Positions 10,901-20,692 of a stretch of 60,504 nucleotides of DNA are shown in pieces (the first letter of the stretch is position 1; every line of letters begins with the position of its first letter). This DNA comes from a virus (Duplodnaviria; Caudoviricetes), in IMG/VR virus record IMGVR_UViG_3300023210_000036, positions 1 to 60,504 of that record. One strand, given 5' to 3'. The notes under the pieces are model-generated. The model ran no database searches, was not told where the DNA came from, and saw only the letters and a list, made by a program, of their open reading frames with translations. The position numbers were made by a program, and so were the translations under genes.

Positions 10901-13900
10901 GGACCTACCTCTACTCCTCCTTGTGCTACAGGTAAAGTATCTGCATCTGGTAAAGTCCCAGTATCTGATATAGTGTTTAACATTTGTAAAATGGACTCCT
11001 CAGAATAAAGTCTTTTTAAGTCTCTAAAAGCTTTAACTCTTGAAGTTGGCATATCATCATATGTAATTTCTTTATTAAATACATCAACCCCATTAACCTT
11101 CATATCTTTTCTTATTTCATTAAGTCTAGCTCTAACTTCAGTAGGGTCGGAATAATAGTTTCTAGTCCCTTCTTCTGGTGTATCACCATAACTTTCCCAA
11201 AAACTAAGAGTTTTTCCTATATCAAGAGTTGGATCAATAAGATTACCCATAAGGTCTATATCATTATTTGGTATTAGTCTTCCTTCAGGATCCATTCCTC
11301 TTGCATAAAATTGAACTATATCTGTTAAGAGAAAGTTATCAGCAGGTCTATCAATACTATGTGAGATTTCATGATCATACAAAGTAGGCGCTCTCCCCCC
11401 AGATTTTGGTTTTACATAAATCTTTCCTGTATCAGATTCTGAATATCCTGCTATACCGCTAAGGGCCTTTTCAGAATAATATTGATTGGGGTCATTAGAT
11501 ATATATAATGGTGCATCTTGTAATTCGTTAAAATTACTAATTCTCCCACGTTGTACATCTCCAGCTCTATTCCACCATTCACTACCCCCACTATTATTTA
11601 ACATCTCTAAATATCTTGGGCTATTCATCCATTTACCTGCAAAATCTTTTGCTGAATCAAGATTCTTTTGATTGGCATTTTGCAATGCCTCATCCTCATG
11701 CATTATTACATTTCCATCTAGCCCGCTTACATAATCTAGACCTTTACCTATTTGTGCTTGTGGTAACTGTTCACCACCATCACGTTCATTTGCTAATACA
11801 GCCCCTACACCTGCTGCTGGAAACATCCATGCATTTTCTAATATGGGTCTTACAGCATCTTTCCATCCTTTACTTCCCGGTTTTAATATATTTCCAGCAT
11901 CATCTCCTAAGTTTCTAAAAAGATCATCAACACCAAATTTATTTTGACCATTAATAACATCATCTGAAAATTTAGATAATAAATCATCAGTTACTTTTCC
12001 ATAATTATATCCATATTTTGAAACTAGATTTTCAATAGCCATAATATGCCTTGCATTTTGTTCCATTGGATCAGATAAATATTCAAATCTGTTTCCATAA
12101 CCAGACATTGGTGTATTTTTTAATTCAGAGTTTATGGGCGTTGTCATATGCCGTTGCCCTTTATGAAATCCGCTGCTTATGTCTTCCATTGAAACAGCTT
12201 TCTGTTTTAACGCTTTTTGAATTGATTCTATACTTTCACCTTTAGCAAGTTTGCCTTTTGCTATATCATACATTGCATCAAGAAGTTCTGTATTACTACT
12301 TCCAAACTTTGTTTGAAATGCATGTAAAACTTCATGATCAAAAACGTCAAGATACGTATCAAGGTTAGGGCTATATCCAACTCCTGATCCGTCTGGTGTT
12401 TTTATTGTAATATTTTTTCCACTGTATATACCTTGAGTTTCTAGATCTTTATTAAATTTTACAACTATTTGATCAAAGGCATTTTCCATAGATTTTACAT
12501 CATCATTTATATATTTTGCAATATCTGCATCTGATGCGTTTTTAAATTTATCTGTTTCTCTTAACTGTGTACCTCTTCTTTTAATATATTCATCGCTATT
12601 TACCCATGCTTTTCTTTTTGTCACTACATCATCAAGTTGGGATCTTGTTAAATTTCCGGTTTCATTACGCCCCATCCTATAAGTTGCATTTTCTAAACCT
12701 TCAGTTGTAAATTCAGATACAGAAGGATTAAAGTAATCATCTACGTACTTTGCCCCGTCATCAATATACTTTGCTATATCATCAACATACTTTGGTAGTT
12801 TTTTAACTCCTGCCTTTAAGAATGCTCCTAGCTGAGCTTCTGGTAAACTTCCTCCATATTTAAGACCAAAACCTGCTGCTTCTCCTTCATCTGTTACGCG
12901 GATTTTAGTTTTAGGATTGCCAAAAAAATTTGTTTTATCTACTTGTGTAGCTAAAAGATTATCTTCCTTGTCATATATATTAAATTCTTGCTTTAATCTT
13001 TCTCTGTTACCGTTATTTACTGATTTAATATTCATATTAGAATACCCATCCTCATTAGTAACCGTGGTATCTTCCAAAAAAGTTTGCTTTAACTTTTCAT
13101 TACCATTGTTCTTTTTCTTAGAATTTACTTCATAAGAGCTAGTGCTATCAACATGAGAATCAGGAAGAACCCCTCCTCTTGGTGAAATTAGCCCTCCCGG
13201 ATACTGTGAGGAGAATGGTATTTCAGGTTGGTCAATGAGTGTTGCGGGTCTAGGAATTAAAGGTTGTATTGTTGTATTACCCTGGGCACCCGTATAATCA
13301 TAAGAGCCATTTGCAGGTATACCTGACCCATCAAACCCATATTGATCAATGGACACATTGGGTATAGTAGTTCCGTTAGGCCCAGCGGGTACTTTAGTGT
13401 TTCCAATTCCTGAACCATAAAAATCCCCAGTTATAGACGCTTCATCCCCCGGTTCTGTTCTTTCTCTATTTTGTACATCAGTTTCATTTTTTGTTTGTGA
13501 TTTTTTCCACCTCTCAGCCTCAATCTTAAAATCCGCAAGACTACCTTTGTTACCTGCAGCCAACCAGTTTTCGTAACCCACCTTCCAGTTTACACCACGC
13601 TTAGAATATTCAACATCACGGTTACCAGTTCTTTCGTCAATTATTGTTGTGGCACCTGTAGTTGGATTAACACTTCTGCTTATCTCAGCCCAATCTCCGT
13701 ATATAAATGGGTTTGCAGAAGTTTGATTTAACTCAAAACCCTCTTGAGCCCTTGGTAATGAACCACCTCGTCTCAGTTTCTTTTTCCAAGATCCTTCACC
13801 AAACTTAATAGCTGCTTCTTTATTAGTTCCAAAGTCTATTACCTCACCTCTTTTCAATGCTTCTTGATATACAGGTTCCCACGGTTCTTCTAAAGAGATT

Positions 13901-14349
13901 GACATATCTACCCATGTTCCATCTTCATTTTGAAATAATGTAGGAAAAGAAAACCAATTACCTTTACCGTCTGTTTCTGTTCTCATTATATGAGTAGACT
14001 CCCCAACTACATTACCTTCTTTATCATAATTTAATCTAACTCCCTTTCGTTTAGGGACTTCCCGACCTGCTTGAGCCATTGGTACTTCAAATACTTGATC
14101 ACCAGGAAATTGATAGTTATTACCCGGAGTCATTAATTTTCTATTACCTAAGTTATCAGTTCCTATTACCGGAAAGTCTACACCCTCCATGGTAATATTA
14201 CCTGAGTTAATAATATTGTATGGATTATTTACATCTGGACTATCTGCCTTGTACCCCTCTAAGGAATAAAAATCAGAAAAGTTTGTTATATATTCATTTG
14301 GGCCGCCCTTTAGACCAATGCTTTTTTTGTTATTTGAGTAATTTGCCAT
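7924..14349 (-). CDS. Multidomain virion cargo polyprotein: two zincin-like domains, lysozyme-like domains, two peptidoglycan-binding domains, CHAP/NlpC-like domain (2141 aa)
   Basis: HEVLH and HEISH, each followed by YxSDPxExxAR; AFHESG...GRGVFQFE; two PG-binding repeats (DVQLMQGDLLERGY...ADGIYGQRT; EVKAIQTKLIEKGF...IDGKFGERT); CAAGMC...VGDIVGI...THSG; GVETGGG...SYNQG. Confidence 0.7.
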   Translation of the reverse strand: MANYSNNKKSIGLKGGPNEYITNFSDFYSLEGYKADSPDVNNPYNIINSGNITMEGVDFPVIGTDNLGNRKLMTPGNNYQFPGDQVFEVPMAQAGREVPKRKGVRLNYDKEGNVVGESTHIMRTETDGKGNWFSFPTLFQNEDGTWVDMSISLEEPWEPVYQEALKRGEVIDFGTNKEAAIKFGEGSWKKKLRRGGSLPRAQEGFELNQTSANPFIYGDWAEISRSVNPTTGATTIIDERTGNRDVEYSKRGVNWKVGYENWLAAGNKGSLADFKIEAERWKKSQTKNETDVQNRERTEPGDEASITGDFYGSGIGNTKVPAGPNGTTIPNVSIDQYGFDGSGIPANGSYDYTGAQGNTTIQPLIPRPATLIDQPEIPFSSQYPGGLISPRGGVLPDSHVDSTSSYEVNSKKKNNGNEKLKQTFLEDTTVTNEDGYSNMNIKSVNNGNRERLKQEFNIYDKEDNLLATQVDKTNFFGNPKTKIRVTDEGEAAGFGLKYGGSLPEAQLGAFLKAGVKKLPKYVDDIAKYIDDGAKYVDDYFNPSVSEFTTEGLENATYRMGRNETGNLTRSQLDDVVTKRKAWVNSDEYIKRRGTQLRETDKFKNASDADIAKYINDDVKSMENAFDQIVVKFNKDLETQGIYSGKNITIKTPDGSGVGYSPNLDTYLDVFDHEVLHAFQTKFGSSNTELLDAMYDIAKGKLAKGESIESIQKALKQKAVSMEDISSGFHKGQRHMTTPINSELKNTPMSGYGNRFEYLSDPMEQNARHIMAIENLVSKYGYNYGKVTDDLLSKFSDDVINGQNKFGVDDLFRNLGDDAGNILKPGSKGWKDAVRPILENAWMFPAAGVGAVLANERDGGEQLPQAQIGKGLDYVSGLDGNVIMHEDEALQNANQKNLDSAKDFAGKWMNSPRYLEMLNNSGGSEWWNRAGDVQRGRISNFNELQDAPLYISNDPNQYYSEKALSGIAGYSESDTGKIYVKPKSGGRAPTLYDHEISHSIDRPADNFLLTDIVQFYARGMDPEGRLIPNNDIDLMGNLIDPTLDIGKTLSFWESYGDTPEEGTRNYYSDPTEVRARLNEIRKDMKVNGVDVFNKEITYDDMPTSRVKAFRDLKRLYSEESILQMLNTISDTGTLPDADTLPVAQGGVEVGPKEAPEGYKWNGKSLVPNDWSEFHDEVDKSLLDFNNILAYVSESRGGTEEFWGNTADTVAFHESGAQQRMDRLAKQISQNEDGSLFDGPGRGVFQFEGPSLETAQTRYKNIARAKGFTLDPEIINATSADLLPMDKQYTLFFANLIESDATLSDYSDGKMEQVDLWLQGHKNIEKPGDRASFQESVDEAKKKGITGGYKSFKKRYGGSLPKAQDGSEFYPFDGGYESGNDPNPYPFPYGVPVDPDTDNDADIVEEEVDITQLSPLDINLLQPPIISIQDGTNLNSPILTDHLGRDINDLSPEDLEAFHQELNFNYEQDQRDQELIDQEYIDPNQIAGFVTNANQRGQNYERGFEDFTERSAEDVQLMQGDLLERGYDIGPTGADGIYGQRTHDAYSSMIADAGLEESAISRYDKKYNPETYTEVKAIQTKLIEKGFLPEITEAGKSNIDGKFGERTKMALLDYNTSKAEEEEDVEGLIFDTIPTTLEDERCAAGMCQILELNDIETEAIGVKYKDAWDLLESMKHVGNSAVQFNIYDDSLFDNVDENTSISELKNLTAKAKRKHQTTASNYKVGDIVGIYWPGSDHHLETLNSETHNTHSGFVSSIDENGTPIITHNVGGTIRNVPYNEVATAWISRPNENIKLTATYAEQIDPDDIALSQTDSALIDNFENKIERSLTDEERKIVSNIMQRANYNSKHIPEILNSSIDQEWLNAAIFGITGVETGGGINAPRTRDDLSVTRALAHMWENTKDADISLGVGKTKYNSLDNFARNYFEINSPADLADDNKAVDAVSYMLVKNYELFKNYAQQYPTLGLAEEDVRNMTLLSYNQGVSKLLTTGRNDENTRNSEEELAALRELYEGSMADISSTNYSRIPGGESLYDAALVLGYETPSEKYISKTNRYITEVYGGSDEYNDMLLATNITNSNTPPVLAKGGEYGVFKNYVNGDYNNTPRDKSSEKVFDKLNRRHYKEAKALGMSPSNYIMSHLVG

Positions 14350-17300
14350 TATCTAAGGGATGTAAGTAATTTAGTATTATTTAATCTTAATAACATCTTT
14401 CTATTATCAGAATCCATTTTACGCAATATTACATTAGTGAAGTAGTGTCTAAACTTTTTATGTTGTAATGGGGATTTTAAATAGTTTAAATTAATAAAGT
14501 TTAAATTTTTAATATACCCATTAGGTTCAGTATCCCATATAGGTTGCTCAACATTGGTAAATTCTCCTCTATCATTTGTAATATCCCAAAATTGATTAAA
14601 TCTATATTTCTGTTCTACTTTAGAACATAAGATATTAATATTGTTTCCATTAATTATAGGATAGGTTAATTCTAAAATGGGGTTATTAAATGGAGTGGGA
14701 GTTAATTGCAATAACCCTGATACCTGCTCATTATTGTAGATGACCGATTGATCAAAATTAAAGTTTAGATCTTCCCATTTATCATCACCGCACAAAAACC
14801 CAGGATCATTTTTATATACATATGCTTCCATCTGATATTCCATACTTCGTACAGTGTTGACTGTTTGCCCTGTATTAGCCACTAATTCTATTTCCCATGG
14901 ATATTGTATATTATAAAAATTAGCATAACTATCACATCTAGCATTATGTCTCCATAGTGTACCCGCATTATAGTTGGCGGGCACAGAATCATAATAAAAA
15001 TAATTGCATAATGGAGGATCAGGATTAACCCAATTAGGGTCCCCTATAGCAAATAATCCTGGTGCAGAATCTGGGCAAGTTCCAGTTACTGTTGTTGTTG
15101 AATTAGGAATAGTAGATTCAGGACAACCGCATATAACTTGTCTACATATGGGGGGTCTTTCATATTTGCATGGACCATCCTCATCGGTGTATAAATTTGT
15201 TAATTGGTTTGGGTATACTAATGTATAACCAGTGGGACACGCACATGCAATGGGTTCAGAACAGACACCACTTGCTATTTCTTCTGCTGCAGCATCTATT
15301 CCAGCGCTTACGTTAGCACTCATTGTAAGCTGGTATGGACCCGGTGTTCCTGTACTTGTATCATATGTAGTGTTAGAAATATTATTCATTACTACAGCAC
15401 TTGGGGGAGTGCTGGATGTTGCACCACAATATATTGCATATATTTCTTGTTTACGCTGATCAACAGCTATATTAGCAGGTGAACTTTGTAAATTATTTTC
15501 AGCCCACTCACCTGTATTTTGAGCTTGGGGTGTACCTGCTGTTGCATTTGGAGTTTGAAATTTATTTACATTGTTTTCTGCTAGTCCATTTGTTCCATCT
15601 GTTACAACAATTAAAATTTGCTTAAAAGATGCATTTTCTTGTCTAGTTGGATATTGAGATGCAAAACTTGAATTTGCTTTATCATTTAATTGTGCTAAAC
15701 CACCTTGCCCTGATGTTGGACTTGCTGTACCAATTGCCGCCACCACACTAGTGGTGCCACCAGCCCATGCGCCAGTATACCAATTGCATGCCTCTTCTGG
15801 TAAAACTGTATTAGTCATTGATTTATTACCAGGTTGCATCCATCTTACACCACTACCAGACCACCCTTGAAATCCAACTTGCATAGTTCCTGCAGACATT
15901 GCCCCACTAATTGATGTATTATTTAAAAATACATGTAACCAACGTAATTGAGCTGATGCACGGGTTACCATTGGTGCTGCTATAGAACCAGTAACACAAT
16001 TAATAGTCGGAATACCTGTACTTCCTGACCAATCCATTGCAATTACAATATCTAATTTGCAATTTTCTCCTCCACCAGTTATTGTAGAAACTATATCACT
16101 TACATCTATGGTTGCGTTTGCTGTTGTATTTACGGCTTGTTCACATAATCCAGTATCAGGATTAAAATTATATCCCGGAGGACACAGAGGTGTATCCGTA
16201 AGTATAGTCTTAGTAGTAAAAAAGTGATTTATACTTGGTATAGAAAATTCAGGATGCCAATCATGAAAAGATATCCATGCTTTAGCTTTTGGATCATAAC
16301 TAATAGTCCAAGATGCGTCATCAAAATAAATAGGGTCTCCTAAAATTATAGGAATCTTTCCATGAGCTGTCTCTAACATAAAGCCTGTTAAAGCACCGTA
16401 TGTTATCATATCAATCCATTCACTCTTTACTCTATAATCCTTCTTCATAAAGTAGGCAATGTCATCATTCGGATCATATATAGATTGACATCCCACACCT
16501 ACTACCGCATTATCTGATAATTTAGAATATTCTAATTCGGGGTACTGCTTAATTAATTGTGATGGTAGATACTTATTAAACCACCACTTCATTCCTTTAT
16601 TAGATATAGGATCTAAACCTTGACCAGCATAATGGAAAATCTTTCCTTGTGCTTGCGAGATATAAAATATTCCCATTGGTGTATTCATAACTCCTCTTAA
16701 ACTTTCACATGAACCATATTCATTTGAAAGATCTGAGTTAGTTATATTCTGAAAGGGTTGGCTAAACAATCCTCCATCACCTATAGTTATTTTAGTATCT
16801 AATCCTGTTTTAAGAGTATCTAAACCCTGAAACATTTGTGGAGATAAGTACGGGAAAAATACTATTGCTCCACTTTTATTAATAGGTTTAATAATACTTA
16901 CTTTATTTTTAAAGTCTTTATAATTAAAATTTAAGAAAACTCTCCAGTAATCTTTTTTAGATTCATGTTGTGCCTGTAGCGAATATATAAGTCTTTTAGG
17001 ACGACTGACATAACAGTTGGCTGCTACATAAGGATCATAATATCTGGGCTGTACTTGTCCAAATGAAGTTATTTGACTTGTTAATTTAGAAGGACTTAAT
17101 GATTCATCATACTTATAAAAGTTATCTATTTTTTCTATTTGAGCATGAAATAATTCTGTTAAATCATTATACTCATATATATTATATATTCTTTTTGCTG
17201 CTGTATCTTCCCAATCTCTATGAGCTAAATTTATTTCTGACTCAACAAAGAAATCTAAAATACCATTTGAATGACTATACATATACGCATATCTCATTGC

Positions 17301-20300
17301 AAATGCAGGATTAGGATCACTACTATTAAATACAGTACCTATAGAAAAGCCTCCGCAACTTTGACTACCCCTATCTAAATAAAATAAATCATTGGGAAAC
17401 ATGGAGTTTAATGCTCCTGTACTTAGAATACCAAACGAAGCAATTTTAGTAGCTAATTCAGTCATATCAAATCTTAGAGAATTTAACCAAAATCTTGGAT
17501 AGGGTATATTTACATGATTTGAATAGTCATAAGTAAACTCATCTGGCTGACCCAGTAAATACTGAGAAAAAATAGGCATTATTACTTTTTCAGTATACCT
17601 ATTAATAAATATATCTCCTGCAAAAATTGCACCCGATGAATTCATGAGTTCATCTGGTTTAGTAGGATCTAAATAATTTACACAACCCCTCATAGGTATT
17701 TGTTTTATACCATCAAGTTGTCCGTATTGATTATCAAAATTAAATTTAAGTGCTCCATAATAAGCAGAAATAGGTTGTTTTTTAGATATAGAAGGGTCTA
17801 ATAGATAATTGGCAGAATAAGGAGTTGTTGTTCCATTTGCATTTACATGACCTCCTACAGTAAATCTTGATGTATCTTGTTGAGAAGGTTCATCAATTGG
17901 AGTATCTAATGATACAGCAACTGTACTTGGTCTAAATAAATTATTAATTTTATATTTTCCGCTATCAAAAGATTGAAAAGATTGGCCTATATAGTTTGAG
18001 TCACGATTTTTAATTCTCCATAATCCTGTGTTTCTTTTCCTAAAATCAGTAAACTGACCAGTTGAATTATATTTTAGTACAAAATCTCTCTTCTCAATTA
18101 AATTATATAATAAATCTATTATCTCATTACCTCCAATTGCAATATTTGTTGATGTAGATAATATACTTAAACCAGCTTTTAATAGGGTGGGTAATTGTGA
18201 AAAGCTTGTTGTTTGATTATTAACAATTGTAAATTCACCAGAATGTGTAGCTGGAGAAGCAACATATCCACTGTTTGCAATACCCGAATAATATCCGTCT
18301 AAAAGCCCTAGAGCAAGACCACCCCCCCATAAATCTGCTAAAGCGGCAGCATTATCCGCATTATCATATATATTTATAGCTGCTTGCATAGTTGCTGCTC
18401 CTGCAGCTGCTCCTGCAGCATCTGATACATAATTAGCACCCACAGCTCCGGCACTCGCCCCTATTCCAGCAACAAAAGAGCCAAAGTACCAATCACTTGC
18501 TCCTTTTATTCCATAGCCACCTGAAGTTTGAGTACTTCCCGATTCACCCCTAACTTGTTTTATAGCATAACCTACACCAATAGCTGCAGCAATTATAGCA
18601 GAACCAGATCTTAATAATTTAAATTGAGGGTGATCTTCAGATGCTTTAAATGATCCAGTTTGATATCCGCTTAAATCACCATAAATTCTTGTTTCATAAG
18701 CATTTAGAAATGGTTTAGTAAACATTAAATCAGGAGAAGAAAAAGTAAATGCTTCTTTTGAATAACCCGTTTGTACTCCATCAACAATACCAAAAAATCC
18801 TAAAGGTTTAAAGTTATTTATAGATTGAGCTAAATTATTACATCCTTCTGTTCTATTTAATTCAACATCATCATCATCATCAAATGTTCCGTCATGAAAA
18901 TACATGTCAGGTCTTAAATCATTATAGGGATAGTTGGGATATAATCCTTGCACTGATCCTCCTATTAAATTTTCTGAATCTGGAACAGTATATTTTCTCA
19001 TATTTCTAAATAGCCCTTTTGCTAAAATAGATTTTGCACCACCTCTTGATCCTCTTAAGATTTCATACCCAACAACATTAGTGATATATGTTCCATCGTT
19101 ATTTGTTGGTTGACCTATATTTGTAAATTCAACACCTAGAAGATTTATTGAATCCCCACTGGTAGTACTTATATGTAATGCTGAATTGGGTCCAAAACCA
19201 CCTCCATCTTCTGCAGGCATCTTATGGTGTCTAATAGGTTTACCACATAAATCCCCCCATATATCAGGTCTATTAATAGGATATTTTTCTGTAGATTCCC
19301 AATAACCCATCTTTCCTTTTGCAATTATAGAACTTCCATCAGGTTGTGTAAGGTTTGGCTCTGAGGTTATTACTCCAGTATTATATACTTTAAATAATGG
19401 GTCTCCACCAGGCTCTATAACATTTGCTCCCCAAATAATTTCATTCTCCATTGTCATATTACCATTATCTTCTTGGAAAAGCTCTGCTTCTCTGCCGGGT
19501 ATATGATATGAACTTGATCTTTCTCCTGTATTATATATCCACCTTATGAAAAAGGCGTATTGTTCATCTCTTAAAAACCCCAACTTATTTCCTCCTAAGT
19601 GATAGTATTCTGAAGATATTTGGTTAACAACGAAATTTGTTTTAATATTATTTGCAATAGGCTGATAATTAAAATCAAACTGTTCTACAGGTCCTTGTCT
19701 AAGAAGCCAATCATTAACAACATACATTGCTTCTGATTTTTCATATGCAGGACTTCTCTTGGGGATTACTTTTAAATCTACTGATACTAATGAATCATCT
19801 AAATAATCAATGTTAATGTCTTTACGTTGAGTACTGTATAACCCCACACGTTTAGCATATGTTTGCCCTTGATTCCTTACTAGTAGAGCAAGCTCAAAAT
19901 TTTCAAAATTTAAATCTAAATTTGAAATAGATATATTTAATGAGTTTTTTGTTCCTTCATGACTCCATAAAGTTTGTACATTTGAGATACCTATGTAGTC
20001 TGTTACCCGTTGTTCATTTTCTGTATATGCAATAAAGGCTTGATAAGAACCATTCATTAACATACCACCATCAATTGATTTAGTTAACTCAACACAAGGT
20101 GTGTCCACTAAAGGAGCCAATCTTATTTTTTCACAATTTAATTGTAATGGTTCAAAGTCACTATAGACTATGCAAGGATCTCCATCAGGTGAACTTATAT
20201 ATTGTATATATGGTATATCATCTATATTTAAACTTCTAGAAGGATTATTGGAATCATCCCAGTATACTTGCCATGTACAATCAAAGTTTTCTTTTGCAGC

Positions 20301-20675
20301 ACCAGTAATAAGAAATTCTTTATTAAACGCTAAACATGTGTCATTAACTAAAGTAGTATACTTACACTCACTATCATCAAACCTTCCTATTTCTGAACTA
20401 AAATTATCAGTGGAAAATATTATCCACTCATCACCATATCTATGTATGGCACCAATAACTGTGTAGGGTATAACCCCGCATTGTAAATTAGCAGGTTCAT
20501 TACCTATTACACCCATATCACCATCATTGGAATTATTGGCAGCATTACGTGCATGCCACCAACTTTGATTTGGTTCCATAGCTTGCGTAATATCCTTATT
20601 CATTCCTTTTATGAACGAATTAGTAACTACAGAGGTTGTGCCCTTTTGGTTATTTGGTGCTTTTTGTTTTGCCAT
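14349..20675 (-). CDS. Tail stabilisation / muzzle protein with inserted VWA domain (2108 aa)
   Basis: Starts NSFIKGMNKD, has WTISYDPKAKAWISFHDWHP near the C-terminus, typical of crAss-like stabilisation proteins; follows the tail tube/ring genes; VWA MIDAS-like LDIVIAMDWSGS...ILIVVTDG. Confidence 0.7.
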   Translation of the reverse strand: MAKQKAPNNQKGTTSVVTNSFIKGMNKDITQAMEPNQSWWHARNAANNSNDGDMGVIGNEPANLQCGVIPYTVIGAIHRYGDEWIIFSTDNFSSEIGRFDDSECKYTTLVNDTCLAFNKEFLITGAAKENFDCTWQVYWDDSNNPSRSLNIDDIPYIQYISSPDGDPCIVYSDFEPLQLNCEKIRLAPLVDTPCVELTKSIDGGMLMNGSYQAFIAYTENEQRVTDYIGISNVQTLWSHEGTKNSLNISISNLDLNFENFELALLVRNQGQTYAKRVGLYSTQRKDINIDYLDDSLVSVDLKVIPKRSPAYEKSEAMYVVNDWLLRQGPVEQFDFNYQPIANNIKTNFVVNQISSEYYHLGGNKLGFLRDEQYAFFIRWIYNTGERSSSYHIPGREAELFQEDNGNMTMENEIIWGANVIEPGGDPLFKVYNTGVITSEPNLTQPDGSSIIAKGKMGYWESTEKYPINRPDIWGDLCGKPIRHHKMPAEDGGGFGPNSALHISTTSGDSINLLGVEFTNIGQPTNNDGTYITNVVGYEILRGSRGGAKSILAKGLFRNMRKYTVPDSENLIGGSVQGLYPNYPYNDLRPDMYFHDGTFDDDDDVELNRTEGCNNLAQSINNFKPLGFFGIVDGVQTGYSKEAFTFSSPDLMFTKPFLNAYETRIYGDLSGYQTGSFKASEDHPQFKLLRSGSAIIAAAIGVGYAIKQVRGESGSTQTSGGYGIKGASDWYFGSFVAGIGASAGAVGANYVSDAAGAAAGAATMQAAINIYDNADNAAALADLWGGGLALGLLDGYYSGIANSGYVASPATHSGEFTIVNNQTTSFSQLPTLLKAGLSILSTSTNIAIGGNEIIDLLYNLIEKRDFVLKYNSTGQFTDFRKRNTGLWRIKNRDSNYIGQSFQSFDSGKYKINNLFRPSTVAVSLDTPIDEPSQQDTSRFTVGGHVNANGTTTPYSANYLLDPSISKKQPISAYYGALKFNFDNQYGQLDGIKQIPMRGCVNYLDPTKPDELMNSSGAIFAGDIFINRYTEKVIMPIFSQYLLGQPDEFTYDYSNHVNIPYPRFWLNSLRFDMTELATKIASFGILSTGALNSMFPNDLFYLDRGSQSCGGFSIGTVFNSSDPNPAFAMRYAYMYSHSNGILDFFVESEINLAHRDWEDTAAKRIYNIYEYNDLTELFHAQIEKIDNFYKYDESLSPSKLTSQITSFGQVQPRYYDPYVAANCYVSRPKRLIYSLQAQHESKKDYWRVFLNFNYKDFKNKVSIIKPINKSGAIVFFPYLSPQMFQGLDTLKTGLDTKITIGDGGLFSQPFQNITNSDLSNEYGSCESLRGVMNTPMGIFYISQAQGKIFHYAGQGLDPISNKGMKWWFNKYLPSQLIKQYPELEYSKLSDNAVVGVGCQSIYDPNDDIAYFMKKDYRVKSEWIDMITYGALTGFMLETAHGKIPIILGDPIYFDDASWTISYDPKAKAWISFHDWHPEFSIPSINHFFTTKTILTDTPLCPPGYNFNPDTGLCEQAVNTTANATIDVSDIVSTITGGGENCKLDIVIAMDWSGSTGIPTINCVTGSIAAPMVTRASAQLRWLHVFLNNTSISGAMSAGTMQVGFQGWSGSGVRWMQPGNKSMTNTVLPEEACNWYTGAWAGGTTSVVAAIGTASPTSGQGGLAQLNDKANSSFASQYPTRQENASFKQILIVVTDGTNGLAENNVNKFQTPNATAGTPQAQNTGEWAENNLQSSPANIAVDQRKQEIYAIYCGATSSTPPSAVVMNNISNTTYDTSTGTPGPYQLTMSANVSAGIDAAAEEIASGVCSEPIACACPTGYTLVYPNQLTNLYTDEDGPCKYERPPICRQVICGCPESTIPNSTTTVTGTCPDSAPGLFAIGDPNWVNPDPPLCNYFYYDSVPANYNAGTLWRHNARCDSYANFYNIQYPWEIELVANTGQTVNTVRSMEYQMEAYVYKNDPGFLCGDDKWEDLNFNFDQSVIYNNEQVSGLLQLTPTPFNNPILELTYPIINGNNINILCSKVEQKYRFNQFWDITNDRGEFTNVEQPIWDTEPNGYIKNLNFINLNYLKSPLQHKKFRHYFTNVILRKMDSDNRKMLLRLNNTKLLTSLR

Positions 20676-20692
20676 AGTAGCTTACTTCTTTA

